DNA of 64,000 nucleotides from Candidatus Nanohaloarchaea archaeon (lineage in GTDB: Archaea; Nanohalarchaeota; Nanosalinia; Nanosalinales; Nanosalinaceae): the NCBI GenBank assembly GCA_014297435.1, contig JACOQA010000001.1:192001-256000 (forward strand). The letters run 5' to 3'. Below the pieces are notes generated by a model. It made no database searches, was not told the origin of the DNA, and worked only from the letters and a program-made list of their open reading frames with translations. Both the position numbers and the translations under genes were made by a program. Below, piece by piece: positions 1 to 10,242 of the stretch. Positions within the stretch are counted from its first letter, which is position 1. Every line of letters starts with the position of its first letter.

Positions 1-495
1 CCAGTTATAGGTTATAGCGGCAGGTTGAGCCTGGAGAAAAATGTTGGACAGGTTATAGAATTTACTGAAGACTTTGAAGGCACTGTTGTGATAGTTGGTG
101 AAGGTCCTCAGAAAGAAAGATTGGAGGATTTAGGAAACGGAAACACTGTTTTCAAAGACTTTCTTCCCCGTGAAAAACTCCCTCAATTTTATTCTTCGAT
201 TGAAGCATATATCACAGCCTCAACAGGGGATACGCTTGGACTAGCGCCTCTAGAGGCAAACGCGTGCGGAACACCGGTTCTCGCTCCCGACGTTCATCCG
301 TTTAATGAAACAATACAGAACGGAAATGGTGAAAGGTATGAGTTCGGAGATAGGCAGGACTTTGATCAGAAACTAAGAAAATGCCTAGACGAGAAGAGAG
401 ATACGAGGAATGCTGTAGAAGAATACTCGCTTGAAGGAGCGGTTGAAAGATTAATAGAGATTTATAGAAGTCTCGGCATAAAGAAAAAGGTGTAA
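1..495 (+). CDS. Glycosyltransferase family 4 (5'-truncated by window edge)
   Basis: Frame open from base 1 (PVIGYSGRLSLEKNV); GT-B motifs IVGEGP and DTLGLAPLEANACGTPV. Confidence 0.9.
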   Translation, partial: PVIGYSGRLSLEKNVGQVIEFTEDFEGTVVIVGEGPQKERLEDLGNGNTVFKDFLPREKLPQFYSSIEAYITASTGDTLGLAPLEANACGTPVLAPDVHPFNETIQNGNGERYEFGDRQDFDQKLRKCLDEKRDTRNAVEEYSLEGAVERLIEIYRSLGIKKKV

Positions 496-499
496 ATCT

Positions 500-2149
500 G
501 TGAGCGATAATGTAACAGCTTTTAAAACTATAATATTTCGTATTCCAGATCTTCGATTTTCTCTTGGAATGATACTTTTCTCTGCCCTTTTGTTTGCGTC
601 CGGCTTCTATGGGTTTCTAGGCATATTTACTACTATCGATGTTGGTTTTTTCACGGTATTAGTGCCAGTTCTTTCGCTTTCCGCGGCTTCAATAGCTTCT
701 GGAGAACTTTTTCACAATTTCCTTCCTGAATATCCGAGAAAATGGGCTTATTTTCTCTCACTCTCTAATCTAACAATATTATACCTTTATGGCTTAATGC
801 TATTGTTTACCAACAGTTTTGAGGCAGCATGGAACGTATTTTGGCTCGGTTTGGTAACAGTATTTCTCTCCAACCTTCTGGTATTGATGTTGACACTAGG
901 TTATCAAAGGATTGGTAGAATACTTCCTCTTAGCTTCGTCCAGCCAGTAGGCGTTCTAATACTCTTCCATTTTTTCCTGGGCGGACCGCTCAATATCACT
1001 CTTGGCTCTTATCTCCTTAACTTCGGTGTTGTTGTATTATCTGGCATTCTCCTGCTTATGGTTTTTGGACTATTCGAGTATCTACTAAGAGCGAATAGTT
1101 CCGGGATTTCAATATTGAAACTTACATCAGGGCTTTTACAGAAGAAACAGGAGGCACTGGATCTCGGATATCCGTCGAGACCGGATGTTCAGACGTTTGA
1201 GGTTGATAATGGAGAAAGTTATAAGATTGCAGCTCCTTGGGTTCATCCAGGACCTTTGGAGGGATTTGGAGGCGGAAATCTTTCATCTCATATAATCTCA
1301 AGTTTGAATAACGGCAAAAAAGGATTTTTCTTCCATGTTCCTTCGAGCCATAAATCTGATCCTGCGGACCCTAAAGACTCTGAAAAACTTCTTGAAGCCC
1401 TGAAATCGCCTGAAAAACATTCTAAGGCATCTAAAATGATAAAAAGAGAGTATGGTAATATCAAGTATTATGGAAGACGTTATGGAGATAGTAGTATAGT
1501 GTTTCTGGAGGCAGAAAAATTTGGGAAGTATGATGACTTCGATGTCTCCATATTTAATGAGTTAATAGATCCTGAGAAAACCATTGTGGTTGATCTTCAT
1601 TCTCACGATAGAAATGATTATGACGTTGAGGAGTGCTGGTACGGTACTGAGGATGCCGAAAAATTAAGAACTTCTTTCAAAGAATTTGTTGAAGAGCTTG
1701 AAGCTCAGCCTCTATATACTTACTCTGCAGGTTTCCATGTCAATGACCCAGGTTCGCCGATGACAGCTCTAGTAGAAGGAGTCGATGAACAGAAAACGCT
1801 CTTACTTGGTGTCGAAGGCAACGGCATATCTGAGAAGATGAGGGAAAAAGCTCGTCAACAACGTAAAGATTTTAACAAAGTCGTAGTATTCTCAACCGAC
1901 ACTCACGCTAGTATACATGAGATGAGTTCGGAGAAAACGCTTGAAAGAAGCGAGATAGATTCGCTTGTGGATACTGCCGATCAAAACTTGAAGGAAGCTT
2001 CGGCTGGAATTACTTCTTCCAAGGCTAAAGAGATGAAGCTTTTGAGAGAGGACTACATGAGTCTCATTTTCTCAATTAATATCCTTATACGATTGATCCC
2101 CCTATCCCTGATTCTAGTTTTCCTAGGGTTAGCGGTCTGGATGTTGTAA
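500..2149 (+). CDS. DUF2070-family membrane protein
   Basis: N-terminal multi-TM region, PWVHPGP...GGGNL, DLHSH, STDTH motifs, C-terminal TM. Confidence 0.75.
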   Translation: MSDNVTAFKTIIFRIPDLRFSLGMILFSALLFASGFYGFLGIFTTIDVGFFTVLVPVLSLSAASIASGELFHNFLPEYPRKWAYFLSLSNLTILYLYGLMLLFTNSFEAAWNVFWLGLVTVFLSNLLVLMLTLGYQRIGRILPLSFVQPVGVLILFHFFLGGPLNITLGSYLLNFGVVVLSGILLLMVFGLFEYLLRANSSGISILKLTSGLLQKKQEALDLGYPSRPDVQTFEVDNGESYKIAAPWVHPGPLEGFGGGNLSSHIISSLNNGKKGFFFHVPSSHKSDPADPKDSEKLLEALKSPEKHSKASKMIKREYGNIKYYGRRYGDSSIVFLEAEKFGKYDDFDVSIFNELIDPEKTIVVDLHSHDRNDYDVEECWYGTEDAEKLRTSFKEFVEELEAQPLYTYSAGFHVNDPGSPMTALVEGVDEQKTLLLGVEGNGISEKMREKARQQRKDFNKVVVFSTDTHASIHEMSSEKTLERSEIDSLVDTADQNLKEASAGITSSKAKEMKLLREDYMSLIFSINILIRLIPLSLILVFLGLAVWML

Positions 2150-2180
2150 GCTCATAAAGATTCGTCTAACTTAGGTTAAC

Positions 2181-2495
2181 ATGGTTTCAGAGGATGATGT
2201 CAGGGAGCAATTAAAGGAAGTTATAGATCCAGAGCTAGAAGTGAACATTGTTGATCTGGGTCTTATCTATGAGATAGAGGTTGATGATGGAGATGTATTT
2301 GTTTTAATGACTTTGACAACTCCTGGCTGTCCTTTACACGGTGTTTTCGACGAGATGGTGAAGAGAGAGGTAAGAAAACTGGATGTCGAAGACGTTGAAG
2401 TTGAACTTACGTTTGAACCGCGTTGGACGCCGGATAAAATGAGTGAGGATGCTCAGGCCGATCTTGGAAATATACCGGGCATGAATAGTTTCTGA
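2181..2495 (+). CDS. DUF59/SufT-like metal-sulfur cluster assembly factor
   Basis: VIDPELEVNIVDLGLIY, MTLTTPGCP, FEPRWTPDKMS. Confidence 0.92.
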   Translation: MVSEDDVREQLKEVIDPELEVNIVDLGLIYEIEVDDGDVFVLMTLTTPGCPLHGVFDEMVKREVRKLDVEDVEVELTFEPRWTPDKMSEDAQADLGNIPGMNSF

Positions 2496-2572
2496 AAGAA
2501 AAAGACCGGTTCCCAATGGTAATCTGGTTTCTAAAAGTAATCCATAAAAGGATGTTTCTACACAGATTAACC

Positions 2573-2920
2573 ATGAGTCAAATGCCTGTGGAATGTAAAG
2601 GCGATAACTGGTGCCCCATCACCGCAACAGCAAACCTGATAGGGAAGAAATGGCATCCTGTGATAATCCATCGTCTGATAGAGGAAGGACCCCATGGCTT
2701 CAACTCACTTAAAGAGGAAATTGGAGGTATCTCAAGCAAAGTACTTTCAGAGAGTCTTGATGATCTTCAGGAAAAGAATCTACTGGATCGAGAGGTTGTG
2801 AGCGAAAAACCTGTGAGGGTTAAGTACAAATTGACGGAAGCTGGCGAATCCCTAGAACCTGTAATTGAGGAAATGCTGGTTTGGGGACGCTCCAACCTGG
2901 TAGAATCAGATACCATATGA
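2573..2920 (+). CDS. HxlR-family winged-helix regulator
   Basis: CPITATANLIGKKWHPVII, GISSKVLSESL, PVRVKYKLTEAG; start moved to ATG 2573. Confidence 0.9.
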   Translation: MSQMPVECKGDNWCPITATANLIGKKWHPVIIHRLIEEGPHGFNSLKEEIGGISSKVLSESLDDLQEKNLLDREVVSEKPVRVKYKLTEAGESLEPVIEEMLVWGRSNLVESDTI

Positions 2921-3348
2921 AACTTAAACGACTGGAGCTGCGAGAAGGCGACAAGGTATTGTTTAACGACAGAAAACAACCTCTCGAAGTCGAGAAAGTA
3001 GAAGACGATAGGGCTCTAATCAAAGGCAGTGGCGGAGGAGAATATGAGATATATGAAGCCGAAGATACAGACGAACTTCTGTTCTGTTCGAGAGGGAAGA
3101 GGCGTTACTCCTCGTACTGCAGAGAACTCAGGAAAGTAGGAGAATGGATAAGAGAAGGGGACAAATGGACTCATACCTCTGGATCTTCAGTAAGACTGGA
3201 GAAGAACGAAATGGGTTACTGGACGGTAGACTCCGAAGATATTGATATAGATCGAGAAATTGACTTGCCGAAATATGGCTATAGTGATAAAGAAGAGGCT
3301 GAGAAGGATCTAGAAAAGATAGTAGGGAAATACCCTGAAGGCTTCTAG
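2917..3348 (+). CDS. Hypothetical protein
   Basis: ATGA overlap with the HxlR stop; acidic composition. Confidence 0.7.
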   Translation: MKLKRLELREGDKVLFNDRKQPLEVEKVEDDRALIKGSGGGEYEIYEAEDTDELLFCSRGKRRYSSYCRELRKVGEWIREGDKWTHTSGSSVRLEKNEMGYWTVDSEDIDIDREIDLPKYGYSDKEEAEKDLEKIVGKYPEGF

Positions 3349-4364
3349 AGATCCTGCCTCATGAAAGCCGCATAAGACGCTGTAAACATCAACATAGTCT
3401 GGCTTAACAGGTAAACCAGGTAACCTATAGAGGACATCAAGCTTTCTCTCATAGTCGGTTCCACGCCCTGTTGGTTATAGCTGGTTCCTAGCATGGTGCC
3501 CACATAGTTGCTGTAGCTGGTGGAAGGTGAAAGTCTTGAAACGATCTTCTTGAAGTTCTCTCTCTTCTGCTCGACCTCTTTTCGTTTCTCCTCCCTTTCA
3601 CTTGATCTGCCTATATCAACACCGGTTGACCCGGATACAGCTACATCTGAAGAGACAGCCATGCCTCTTTCTACTGGAACGCTCGGACCGCCACTGCTTG
3701 GAGGAGAGTCATCAAACGTGTAGATGTGGCTGGCAGCTATGTTAGCCAAAAAGGGTGTTGCGAGGAAAGCCAGTAAAAATGCGGCTGAAGCGAGTAGCGA
3801 TCTCCAGCTTGAACGGAAAACTGTTGAGAACAAGGTGCCTAACGCTAAGAAGAAACCTAAATATATTACAGTTCCAAACCACATGAAACAGAGCCTGGAA
3901 AGCTCCTCAACTGTAGGCAGGACGCCTGTCATAAATATTGCAAGACCTGCAGAGGTCGTGAAAGCCATCAAAGATGCAAAAGAAAGTGTAAAGATTCCTG
4001 CAACTAACTTCCCGTTAATCACCTCGTCCCTGTACACAGGATAAGAAAGTAGCAGCTCTATTGTCCCATCCTCCCTTTCCTTGGATACGGCATCATAACT
4101 AAGAAGCAAGGCAAGGAGTGCTGCAGCCAAAGGCATGTTCAACTGCATCATGGGGGCGAAAACATCAATCAAGGAGGGTTTCTCCGGCGCAGGTCCATAT
4201 ACTGAGCCTGAGCGGAAGTCCTCTAACTGCTGCTGGTAGTTGTCCACCCCTATATATACAGAACCTAGTGAGAAAACAAGGAACAGACCTAAAACCATCA
4301 AAAACTTTCTGGAAGAAAAACTATCTCTAACCTGCTTAGCACCTACATCCCATAGAGATCCCAT
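3345..4364 (-). CDS. ABC-2 type transporter permease
   Basis: YDAVSKEREDGTIELLLSYPVYRDEVINGK motif; several TM helices. Confidence 0.9.
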   Translation of the reverse strand: MGSLWDVGAKQVRDSFSSRKFLMVLGLFLVFSLGSVYIGVDNYQQQLEDFRSGSVYGPAPEKPSLIDVFAPMMQLNMPLAAALLALLLSYDAVSKEREDGTIELLLSYPVYRDEVINGKLVAGIFTLSFASLMAFTTSAGLAIFMTGVLPTVEELSRLCFMWFGTVIYLGFFLALGTLFSTVFRSSWRSLLASAAFLLAFLATPFLANIAASHIYTFDDSPPSSGGPSVPVERGMAVSSDVAVSGSTGVDIGRSSEREEKRKEVEQKRENFKKIVSRLSPSTSYSNYVGTMLGTSYNQQGVEPTMRESLMSSIGYLVYLLSQTMLMFTASYAAFMRQDL

Positions 4365-4366
4365 TT

Positions 4367-5263
4367 CTAGGCACCTCCGGTTAACTTAAGATAGGCTGTC
4401 TCAAGGGTTTCTTCTTCCAGATCAAACCTAGTGACGGATATATGGTTCTGATTCAGGGTGTCGAACACGTTTGATCTCTTATTCTTCTCTATTTCAAGTA
4501 TAAATGCATCTCTTTTCGATCTGTAGGTGTAATCGTTAGATTCGAGCACTTTCTCCAGCTTTTCAGAGTCTTCTGCTTCTATATGAAGGTTTATGCCTTC
4601 TCCGGTCTCCGAACTCAGCTCGGCTTTAGTGCCTGATGCAACGATTTCGCCATCGAAAAGAACGCCGAACCGGTCGCACAAAGGTTCTATCTCCGTAGTT
4701 ATATGTGAAGAGATTACAACGGTTTTTCCTTTCTCGTCATTGATCTTTTCTACATGTCTTCTGAAATTTCTCTTTCCTTCTGGGTCAAGACCGGTAGTAG
4801 GCTCGTCGTAAATTATTATCTCTGGGTCCTTAATGAGGGACTGTGCAATACCCAATCTCTTCTTCATTCCTGTAGAGAATCCTTTAACATCTCTTTCGGC
4901 GTCATCTGAAAGCCCGACAAGTTCTAGAAGATCATCTATTTCAGGATCGGTGTCTGCAAGCCCTGCAAAGAATTCCAAGTTTTGTCTGGCTGTCATCGAC
5001 TCGTAGAAGCTGATATCTGAAGGCAGATAACCTATTTTCCGCTTAATTTCTTTTCCTCTGTCGTGTTTCTCACCATCTATTCTTATTTTGCCGGCATCTT
5101 GCTTCAGAAGCCCTAAAACTGTCTGAAATAAAGTGGTTTTCCCGACACCGTTGGGTCCAAGAAGACCGAAGATCTCTCCTTTCTCTACCTCGAAGCTGAC
5201 GCCTTTAAGCACTTCATGGCTGCCATAGCTTTTCTCAACGCCCTCCAGTTCTATTGTCGCCAT
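4367..5263 (-). CDS. ABC transporter ATP-binding protein
   Basis: Walker A GPNGVGKTT, signature FSTGMKKR, Walker B IIIYDEP, ISSH; GGAGGTGA SD-like sequence precedes ATG 5263. Confidence 0.95.
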   Translation of the reverse strand: MATIELEGVEKSYGSHEVLKGVSFEVEKGEIFGLLGPNGVGKTTLFQTVLGLLKQDAGKIRIDGEKHDRGKEIKRKIGYLPSDISFYESMTARQNLEFFAGLADTDPEIDDLLELVGLSDDAERDVKGFSTGMKKRLGIAQSLIKDPEIIIYDEPTTGLDPEGKRNFRRHVEKINDEKGKTVVISSHITTEIEPLCDRFGVLFDGEIVASGTKAELSSETGEGINLHIEAEDSEKLEKVLESNDYTYRSKRDAFILEIEKNKRSNVFDTLNQNHISVTRFDLEEETLETAYLKLTGGA

Positions 5264-5268
5264 TTCTT

Positions 5269-6366
5269 TCACCTCCTCTGGAATCTCCGGTAGACAAATG
5301 CCATCAAAATAAGGCTGAAGACCATAATGCCTATACCTATCTTGCCAAGACCGCTTTTCCCTCTTATATGAATTCTTATTTGCTTAGGTTCGTCAATAGA
5401 GGTCTTATCCGAGAACGCATTAACTTCTGCGAAGTAGTCGCCTGGCTGGACGTCCTCAGGTACTTCAATAGAGACTCTAATTCGTTCGTTTCCGTACCGG
5501 GCTCTAAGATTGTCGACAACTGAAGGTCTAACCGACCCGCTCCAGGAATCAGGTGTCTCAGCCGTCACATTCACGTTATTTACTTCAGCTTCTCCCCGGC
5601 TCGTAATCCTCATATTTGCCGTTATAGTCTCTCCAGGCTCCCCAACCTTATATCTCTCCTCTACATCTAGCTCAAGCCGTCTATCTTTCTTCTCTCCTTT
5701 AACTTCGATTGTAACATTTTCTTTGGACAGAGTCTTACCTTCGGCAATGAATGTAATGTTATGGAGTCCTTTTCTAGCTCTTTCCGGTATTTCAACACGT
5801 GCGTCCAGTGATTTGGAAGTTTTAGTAGGGACGTCTAGCTCTGTAATGTTAAAATCAGTATGGCTGAATACAACGGGAAGAGTCGAATTTGCTGATAGGC
5901 TGAAGGTCTGGTTTGTGGCGCCTGTGTTCTCAAGCTCCATAGGCACCACAACGTCCTCTTCTCGTGAAGAAACCATTTTTTCAGGGGCAGAGCTCTTTAA
6001 TTTTGAACCTGAGAATATATTCCTATTAGAGTAGACAGTAGTGTTCAGGTAAAGACCTTGAGGATCGCTCTGAATGTTCTTAACATAGATTTCTAGACTA
6101 TGATCTTCAACTGGTATGTTGAAAGGTGCAGCTCCATAGATATTATCGCTTTTGATCTGTCTAAGTATTTCGACCGTTCTCTTCTTCTCGTGTTTTATCT
6201 CAAGATAGTCTTGGTTATCCTCGGAAAAACTGATTATGTAATCATCGAGTTTCTGTGTTTCGCCCGAGTGTAGCTTCATATCATGGCTATAGTCAAGATT
6301 TTGAGCGCTAACAGCAGAAACTGAGCACATTATCAGAACAACAGTTAATACGGCTTTGACCTTCAT
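5269..6366 (-). CDS. Secreted, membrane-anchored NEW3/COG1470-like Ig-fold protein
   Basis: Signal peptide; TPDSWSG and VPEDVQPGDYF motifs; C-terminal TM plus basic tail YRRFQRR. Confidence 0.75.
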   Translation of the reverse strand: MKVKAVLTVVLIMCSVSAVSAQNLDYSHDMKLHSGETQKLDDYIISFSEDNQDYLEIKHEKKRTVEILRQIKSDNIYGAAPFNIPVEDHSLEIYVKNIQSDPQGLYLNTTVYSNRNIFSGSKLKSSAPEKMVSSREEDVVVPMELENTGATNQTFSLSANSTLPVVFSHTDFNITELDVPTKTSKSLDARVEIPERARKGLHNITFIAEGKTLSKENVTIEVKGEKKDRRLELDVEERYKVGEPGETITANMRITSRGEAEVNNVNVTAETPDSWSGSVRPSVVDNLRARYGNERIRVSIEVPEDVQPGDYFAEVNAFSDKTSIDEPKQIRIHIRGKSGLGKIGIGIMVFSLILMAFVYRRFQRR

Positions 6367-6409
6367 GAAACCGATTAAAACCATCGATGCTTTTTAACTT
6401 TCTATTATC

Positions 6410-6453
6410 GTTCGATATAATTCGAACCAAGCTTTGTTAGAACCAGACCGAAC
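6410..6453. promoter_or_regulatory. Palindromic operator GTTCGA-N6-TCGAAC (6410-6427) plus a degenerate copy GTTAGA-N6-CCGAAC (6436-6453)
   Basis: In the divergent intergenic region; the same motif occurs at 41484-41501. Confidence 0.6.
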
Positions 6454-6496
6454 GAAAACAGTCTATTTTAAATCCTGTCGTTTCGTATGGCGTGGT

Positions 6497-7069
6497 ATGA
6501 AAAAACAGATTTTGATCGCATTGATTACAGTTGCGCTCTTGGCTTCAGCCGGAGCAGTAGTTAGAGAGGACGGAACTAGCCCTTCAAACAATCCGGGGGA
6601 AGGTCAGATGGGCATCACATCGGGTGGTGCTGCTGCTTCAGCCACTACTTCGGTAGGACCTAACGGAACACGGTACTCGGTTTCAGTAACCCCAATCAAC
6701 CAGTCATCCAACGTAACTGAGGACAAGGTTCTAGAAGTCTCAGAGTTTCCTCAAGGTGTAAGATTCAACGGATTGGTTAAGTCGCCGACACCTTGCCACA
6801 CATTAAACCACGATGTGGAGAAGAACGGTTCGAAGATTGATCTCAGGATTTACATGGAGTCAAGTAACCAGACATGCACTCAGCAAATGGTTATGAAGAA
6901 GTACCATGCTGAGGTCGAGTCCGAAAACTACTTTGAACTGGACATCTATCACGGTGACTCAAACAAGACAATGGAAACAGTGACCTATGGAGAGAAACAG
7001 GATGAGACAGATGAGGAAACTGAAGAAGATGTAGGGCTTCTTGGATGGATTCTAGGCGTCTTCCTCTAA
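6497..7069 (+). CDS. Secreted protein with PrcB-C-like (PTPC...CTQ) domain
   Basis: Signal peptide MKKQILIAL; SPTPCH and TCTQ; paralogous to 33451..34062. Confidence 0.7.
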   Translation: MKKQILIALITVALLASAGAVVREDGTSPSNNPGEGQMGITSGGAAASATTSVGPNGTRYSVSVTPINQSSNVTEDKVLEVSEFPQGVRFNGLVKSPTPCHTLNHDVEKNGSKIDLRIYMESSNQTCTQQMVMKKYHAEVESENYFELDIYHGDSNKTMETVTYGEKQDETDEETEEDVGLLGWILGVFL

Positions 7070-7075
7070 ATTTTT

Positions 7076-7273
7076 TTATTTTTCTTTCTCTACCCTAAGC
7101 TTTTTTTCAGATTTCGAAAATAGCGCAACAGAAACTAGAGCGGAAGAACCTATAAATCCTGCACCCATCATACTGTTTCCTTTGAAGAGGTGAAAGATTC
7201 CTATAGCAACCGCTCCTTCAATGAAGAGACATGAAACTGTAAAGACAAACTCGTCAAACCATTCAGGCTTCAT
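7076..7273 (-). CDS. Small two-TM hypothetical protein
   Basis: Two hydrophobic segments; fills the gap downstream of MAT. Confidence 0.6.
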   Translation of the reverse strand: MKPEWFDEFVFTVSCLFIEGAVAIGIFHLFKGNSMMGAGFIGSSALVSVALFSKSEKKLRVEKEK

Positions 7274-7321
7274 AAAAATAAATAGGATGAAGGATTGTCT
7301 AAAAAACTTGTTTTAACGGAT

Positions 7322-8458
7322 TCAGAATGTAGTGTTATCTGGTTCTAGAATCCTCTCCGTCATATTGTCCACATTTTGGACTTTGTCATTCACGAGATCT
7401 TCGATGTTTTCTGCTGAGGTCTCCACCTCTACGGCTTTTGGGTCGTCGATGGGTTCTCCGATCTGTGAAAGGATTCTGACTTGGGCAAATTCTCCCCTCT
7501 CTTCGTAGATTTCCCTAGCTATCTCCTCCGCAAGAAAATTATAGATCTTTCCAACATGTGTGACAGGGTTTTTGCCTGAAGCTGCCTCCAAACTCATCGA
7601 TCTGTTCGGAGTTATCAAACCGTTTATTCTGTTGCCTCTACCAACGGAGCCATCGTCTCCCATCTCGGCTGAGGTCCCGGTTACTGTAATGTAGACCTCA
7701 CCATCTTCAGGACTGTCCGCAGTATTAACCCTTATATCAGGTTCCAGATCTGTTTCCGATCTGATGATATCCTCCGTCTCATCTTTGATTCTCTGTTTTA
7801 CATCGAGGTATTCTTCCATGGAACTAACTCTTCCCGATATAATGGCAGCGGCTACAGTAGTTTCCATTCTGCTATTTCTTCTCAAGCCCATCACTTTAAC
7901 ATCCTCTCCGACCTCATTGATCCTTGAGTGTAGCTCTGACTCGATTTTCTTGACAGCTCTCTCAGTTTGGGATAAAGGGTAGTGTCCTACGCCGAAACTG
8001 GTGTCGTTCGACCGGGGAACCTTATTCTCGAAAACAGCTTTCAAGTCGGTAGAGGTCTCTCCTATACGTGATTCTATCTCGACGTCTTTAGGTTTAAGTT
8101 TCTTGAAATTCTGTTTGATATAGTTTCTCGCTGCTTCTATGGCGATACGATCCACAGGTATCTCTTCGTCCTCGAACGCCTTGGTCGCTCTGCCTGCAAG
8201 AAGAATGTAGATAGGTTCTATTAGCTCGCCGCCTCCAAATTCGGGGTTGGAGTTTCCAGCAACTAACTGAACCTCATCAGTATTATGGTGAAGGATTTTT
8301 CCAAAACGCTTTCTGTACTCTTTTGATAGGGCTTTTGATATTGATTCGGCGATACCATCGGAGATCGAATCAGGATGTCCTATACCTTTTCGCTCCACAA
8401 GTTCAGTATCTCTCTTTTCAACAGGATCTGCTTCTATCTTGTTAATGTATGTATTCAT
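7322..8458 (-). CDS. mat: Archaeal methionine adenosyltransferase
   Basis: [54 protein letters not shown]. Confidence 0.95.
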   Translation of the reverse strand: MNTYINKIEADPVEKRDTELVERKGIGHPDSISDGIAESISKALSKEYRKRFGKILHHNTDEVQLVAGNSNPEFGGGELIEPIYILLAGRATKAFEDEEIPVDRIAIEAARNYIKQNFKKLKPKDVEIESRIGETSTDLKAVFENKVPRSNDTSFGVGHYPLSQTERAVKKIESELHSRINEVGEDVKVMGLRRNSRMETTVAAAIISGRVSSMEEYLDVKQRIKDETEDIIRSETDLEPDIRVNTADSPEDGEVYITVTGTSAEMGDDGSVGRGNRINGLITPNRSMSLEAASGKNPVTHVGKIYNFLAEEIAREIYEERGEFAQVRILSQIGEPIDDPKAVEVETSAENIEDLVNDKVQNVDNMTERILEPDNTTF

Positions 8459-8570
8459 AAAATAATACAATTTTTTCTTGGACTCTAGTAAGTCTTTGTC
8501 ATGGATAGTTCGATTTAATTGTGTATTGAACTTGCTAGGACAATTAATCTTGAGTAGAAGAGCGGCTGAG

Positions 8571-8642
8571 TGCGGCGACCGGGATTTGAACCCGGGTCAC
8601 CGGCTTGGAAGGCCGGGGTCTTAGCCACTGGACCATCGCCGC
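8571..8642 (-). tRNA. tRNA-Gly(TCC)
   Basis: Reverse complement GCGGCGATGGTCCAGTGG...CCGGC-CT-TCC-AA-GCCGG...GGTTCAAATCCCGGTCGCCGCA; no intron, CCA not encoded. Confidence 0.95.
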
Positions 8643-8752
8643 CAACACTTAACCAGACTGTCTTAAGTCAATATTGTTCAGTTGACCTGTTAAATTCTTA
8701 AAAGGTGGCTTGCTGTGAAGCTTTGAAAAGCTTCGCTCAAGTATCTAAAAAC

Positions 8753-9187
8753 ATGAACGAAGACGAGTTGGAACAAAAACTTACTGAAAGAGTCAGGAAA
8801 GCAATCAACCGTGACCTCTCAGATGTTGGTAGTGGAGACGAAGAACTGGTTAGCCACGAACCTAGAGATGAACATGAGGAAAGATCCTTGAAACAGTCGA
8901 CCAAGAAGCGTCCGATGCAGTGGGATCCAAGAGAATCTGAATTCTTCTTCAACAACCGGGACTCGATGGGTAATGACGAGCTCAAAAAGTTCCTTGAAGG
9001 ATCTTCTGATTTCCAGGAAAGCCTTGAAGATCAGGAGGAATGGGATGAGTTCTCCAGAGATGAGGAAAGAAAGCTTGTGACTATGCAAGGCGGTATGCAG
9101 GCAGATCAGATAGCGGAAGAGCTTGGAAGAGATGAAGAAGAGGTAAAACTTAAGATGCGTATGATGGGAATGAGAGCAGGTTTCTAG
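8753..9187 (+). CDS. Hypothetical protein with Myb/HTH-like segments
   Basis: WDPRESEFF and FSRDEERKL...ADQIAEELGRDEEEVKLK; 4 bp upstream of nop5. Confidence 0.7.
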   Translation: MNEDELEQKLTERVRKAINRDLSDVGSGDEELVSHEPRDEHEERSLKQSTKKRPMQWDPRESEFFFNNRDSMGNDELKKFLEGSSDFQESLEDQEEWDEFSRDEERKLVTMQGGMQADQIAEELGRDEEEVKLKMRMMGMRAGF

Positions 9188-9191
9188 AAAA

Positions 9192-9941
9192 ATGGATAAA
9201 GAGGACATAAGGAGGAAGGCACTAGAAGATACTAAAGAAGAGCTGCGTGAGGACGTTGATAGAGACCGTTTAATGGTTAAAGCGGTAAAGTTTCTAGATC
9301 AGACGACATGCGACTTTACAGATGAGATGGACCGTTTCAGGGACTGGTACGCACTCCATTTCCCGGAACTCGAAAAAGAGATACAGGACGACGAACAGCT
9401 CGTAAATATTCTTTCAAGAGGAATAGAGAGAGATAACTTGGAGGCTTTCTCGGAGATGGCTGAAAGCTCTACCGGAACCGAACTTACCGAGGAAGATCTT
9501 GAAATGCTTGAAAAAGCGTTCGAAACAGTCAAGAAAAAAGAAGATATCAGGGAAGACCTGGAAGACTACGTAGAGAGGATAGCTGAGGAAGAGATGGAGA
9601 ACATGGAGGCGCTTCTAGGTCCGCTTTTAACCGCTAGACTTGTTGCATTGGCAGGAAGCCTTGAAGAGATTGCAAAGAAGCCTTCTTCGACTGTTCAGAT
9701 GCTGGGAGCCGAGAAAGCTCTTTTCCGACATCTAAAAGGTCAAGGCTCAGCTCCTAAACACGGCATCCTTTTCGAACATCGTTACGTCAACAATCTTTCC
9801 GAGGATCAAAGAGGTAAGATGGCGCGGTTCCTCGCGAACAAAACAGTTATGGCAGCAAGGCTTGACCAGTACGGTGACAAGTTCAAGGGCGATGAATTAA
9901 GGGGAGAGTGTGAAGAAAAGTTCCAGGAACTGAAGGATTAG
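9192..9941 (+). CDS. nop5: C/D box RNP subunit Nop5 (short form)
   Basis: RDWYALHFPEL, PSSTVQMLGAEKALF, PKHG, RGKMARFLANK. Confidence 0.93.
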   Translation: MDKEDIRRKALEDTKEELREDVDRDRLMVKAVKFLDQTTCDFTDEMDRFRDWYALHFPELEKEIQDDEQLVNILSRGIERDNLEAFSEMAESSTGTELTEEDLEMLEKAFETVKKKEDIREDLEDYVERIAEEEMENMEALLGPLLTARLVALAGSLEEIAKKPSSTVQMLGAEKALFRHLKGQGSAPKHGILFEHRYVNNLSEDQRGKMARFLANKTVMAARLDQYGDKFKGDELRGECEEKFQELKD

Positions 9942-10186
9942 TCCTCAAGCTGTTCGTTTACCCATTTCAAACCTTCTGCGCCCGCTTTAAAGCTTGCTAC
10001 AGTTAAAAGCCCGGCGCCTATAGCCAATCCAGCTGTATCTGGAGGTGTTGAAGCAAATTCTGAGGAGTAGTTTCCCAGAAACTCAACTACATCTTCCTCG
10101 TAAAGTGCTGTATATCCAGAAACCGAGGTAAAGGAAAGACCGTAGCCAATAGCCTTCCGAGCCTTATCTGAGTTGTATTCTTCCAT
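9938..10186 (-). CDS. Small membrane hypothetical protein between nop5 and fibrillarin
   Basis: 82-aa ORF, hydrophobic segments, 4-bp convergent stop overlap. Confidence 0.6.
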   Translation of the reverse strand: MEEYNSDKARKAIGYGLSFTSVSGYTALYEEDVVEFLGNYSSEFASTPPDTAGLAIGAGLLTVASFKAGAEGLKWVNEQLED

Positions 10187-10242
10187 ACAATTTCGGAGTT
10201 GTTTCGAAACGATAAAACTGTTCGGTTACCGAAACGTATTCT

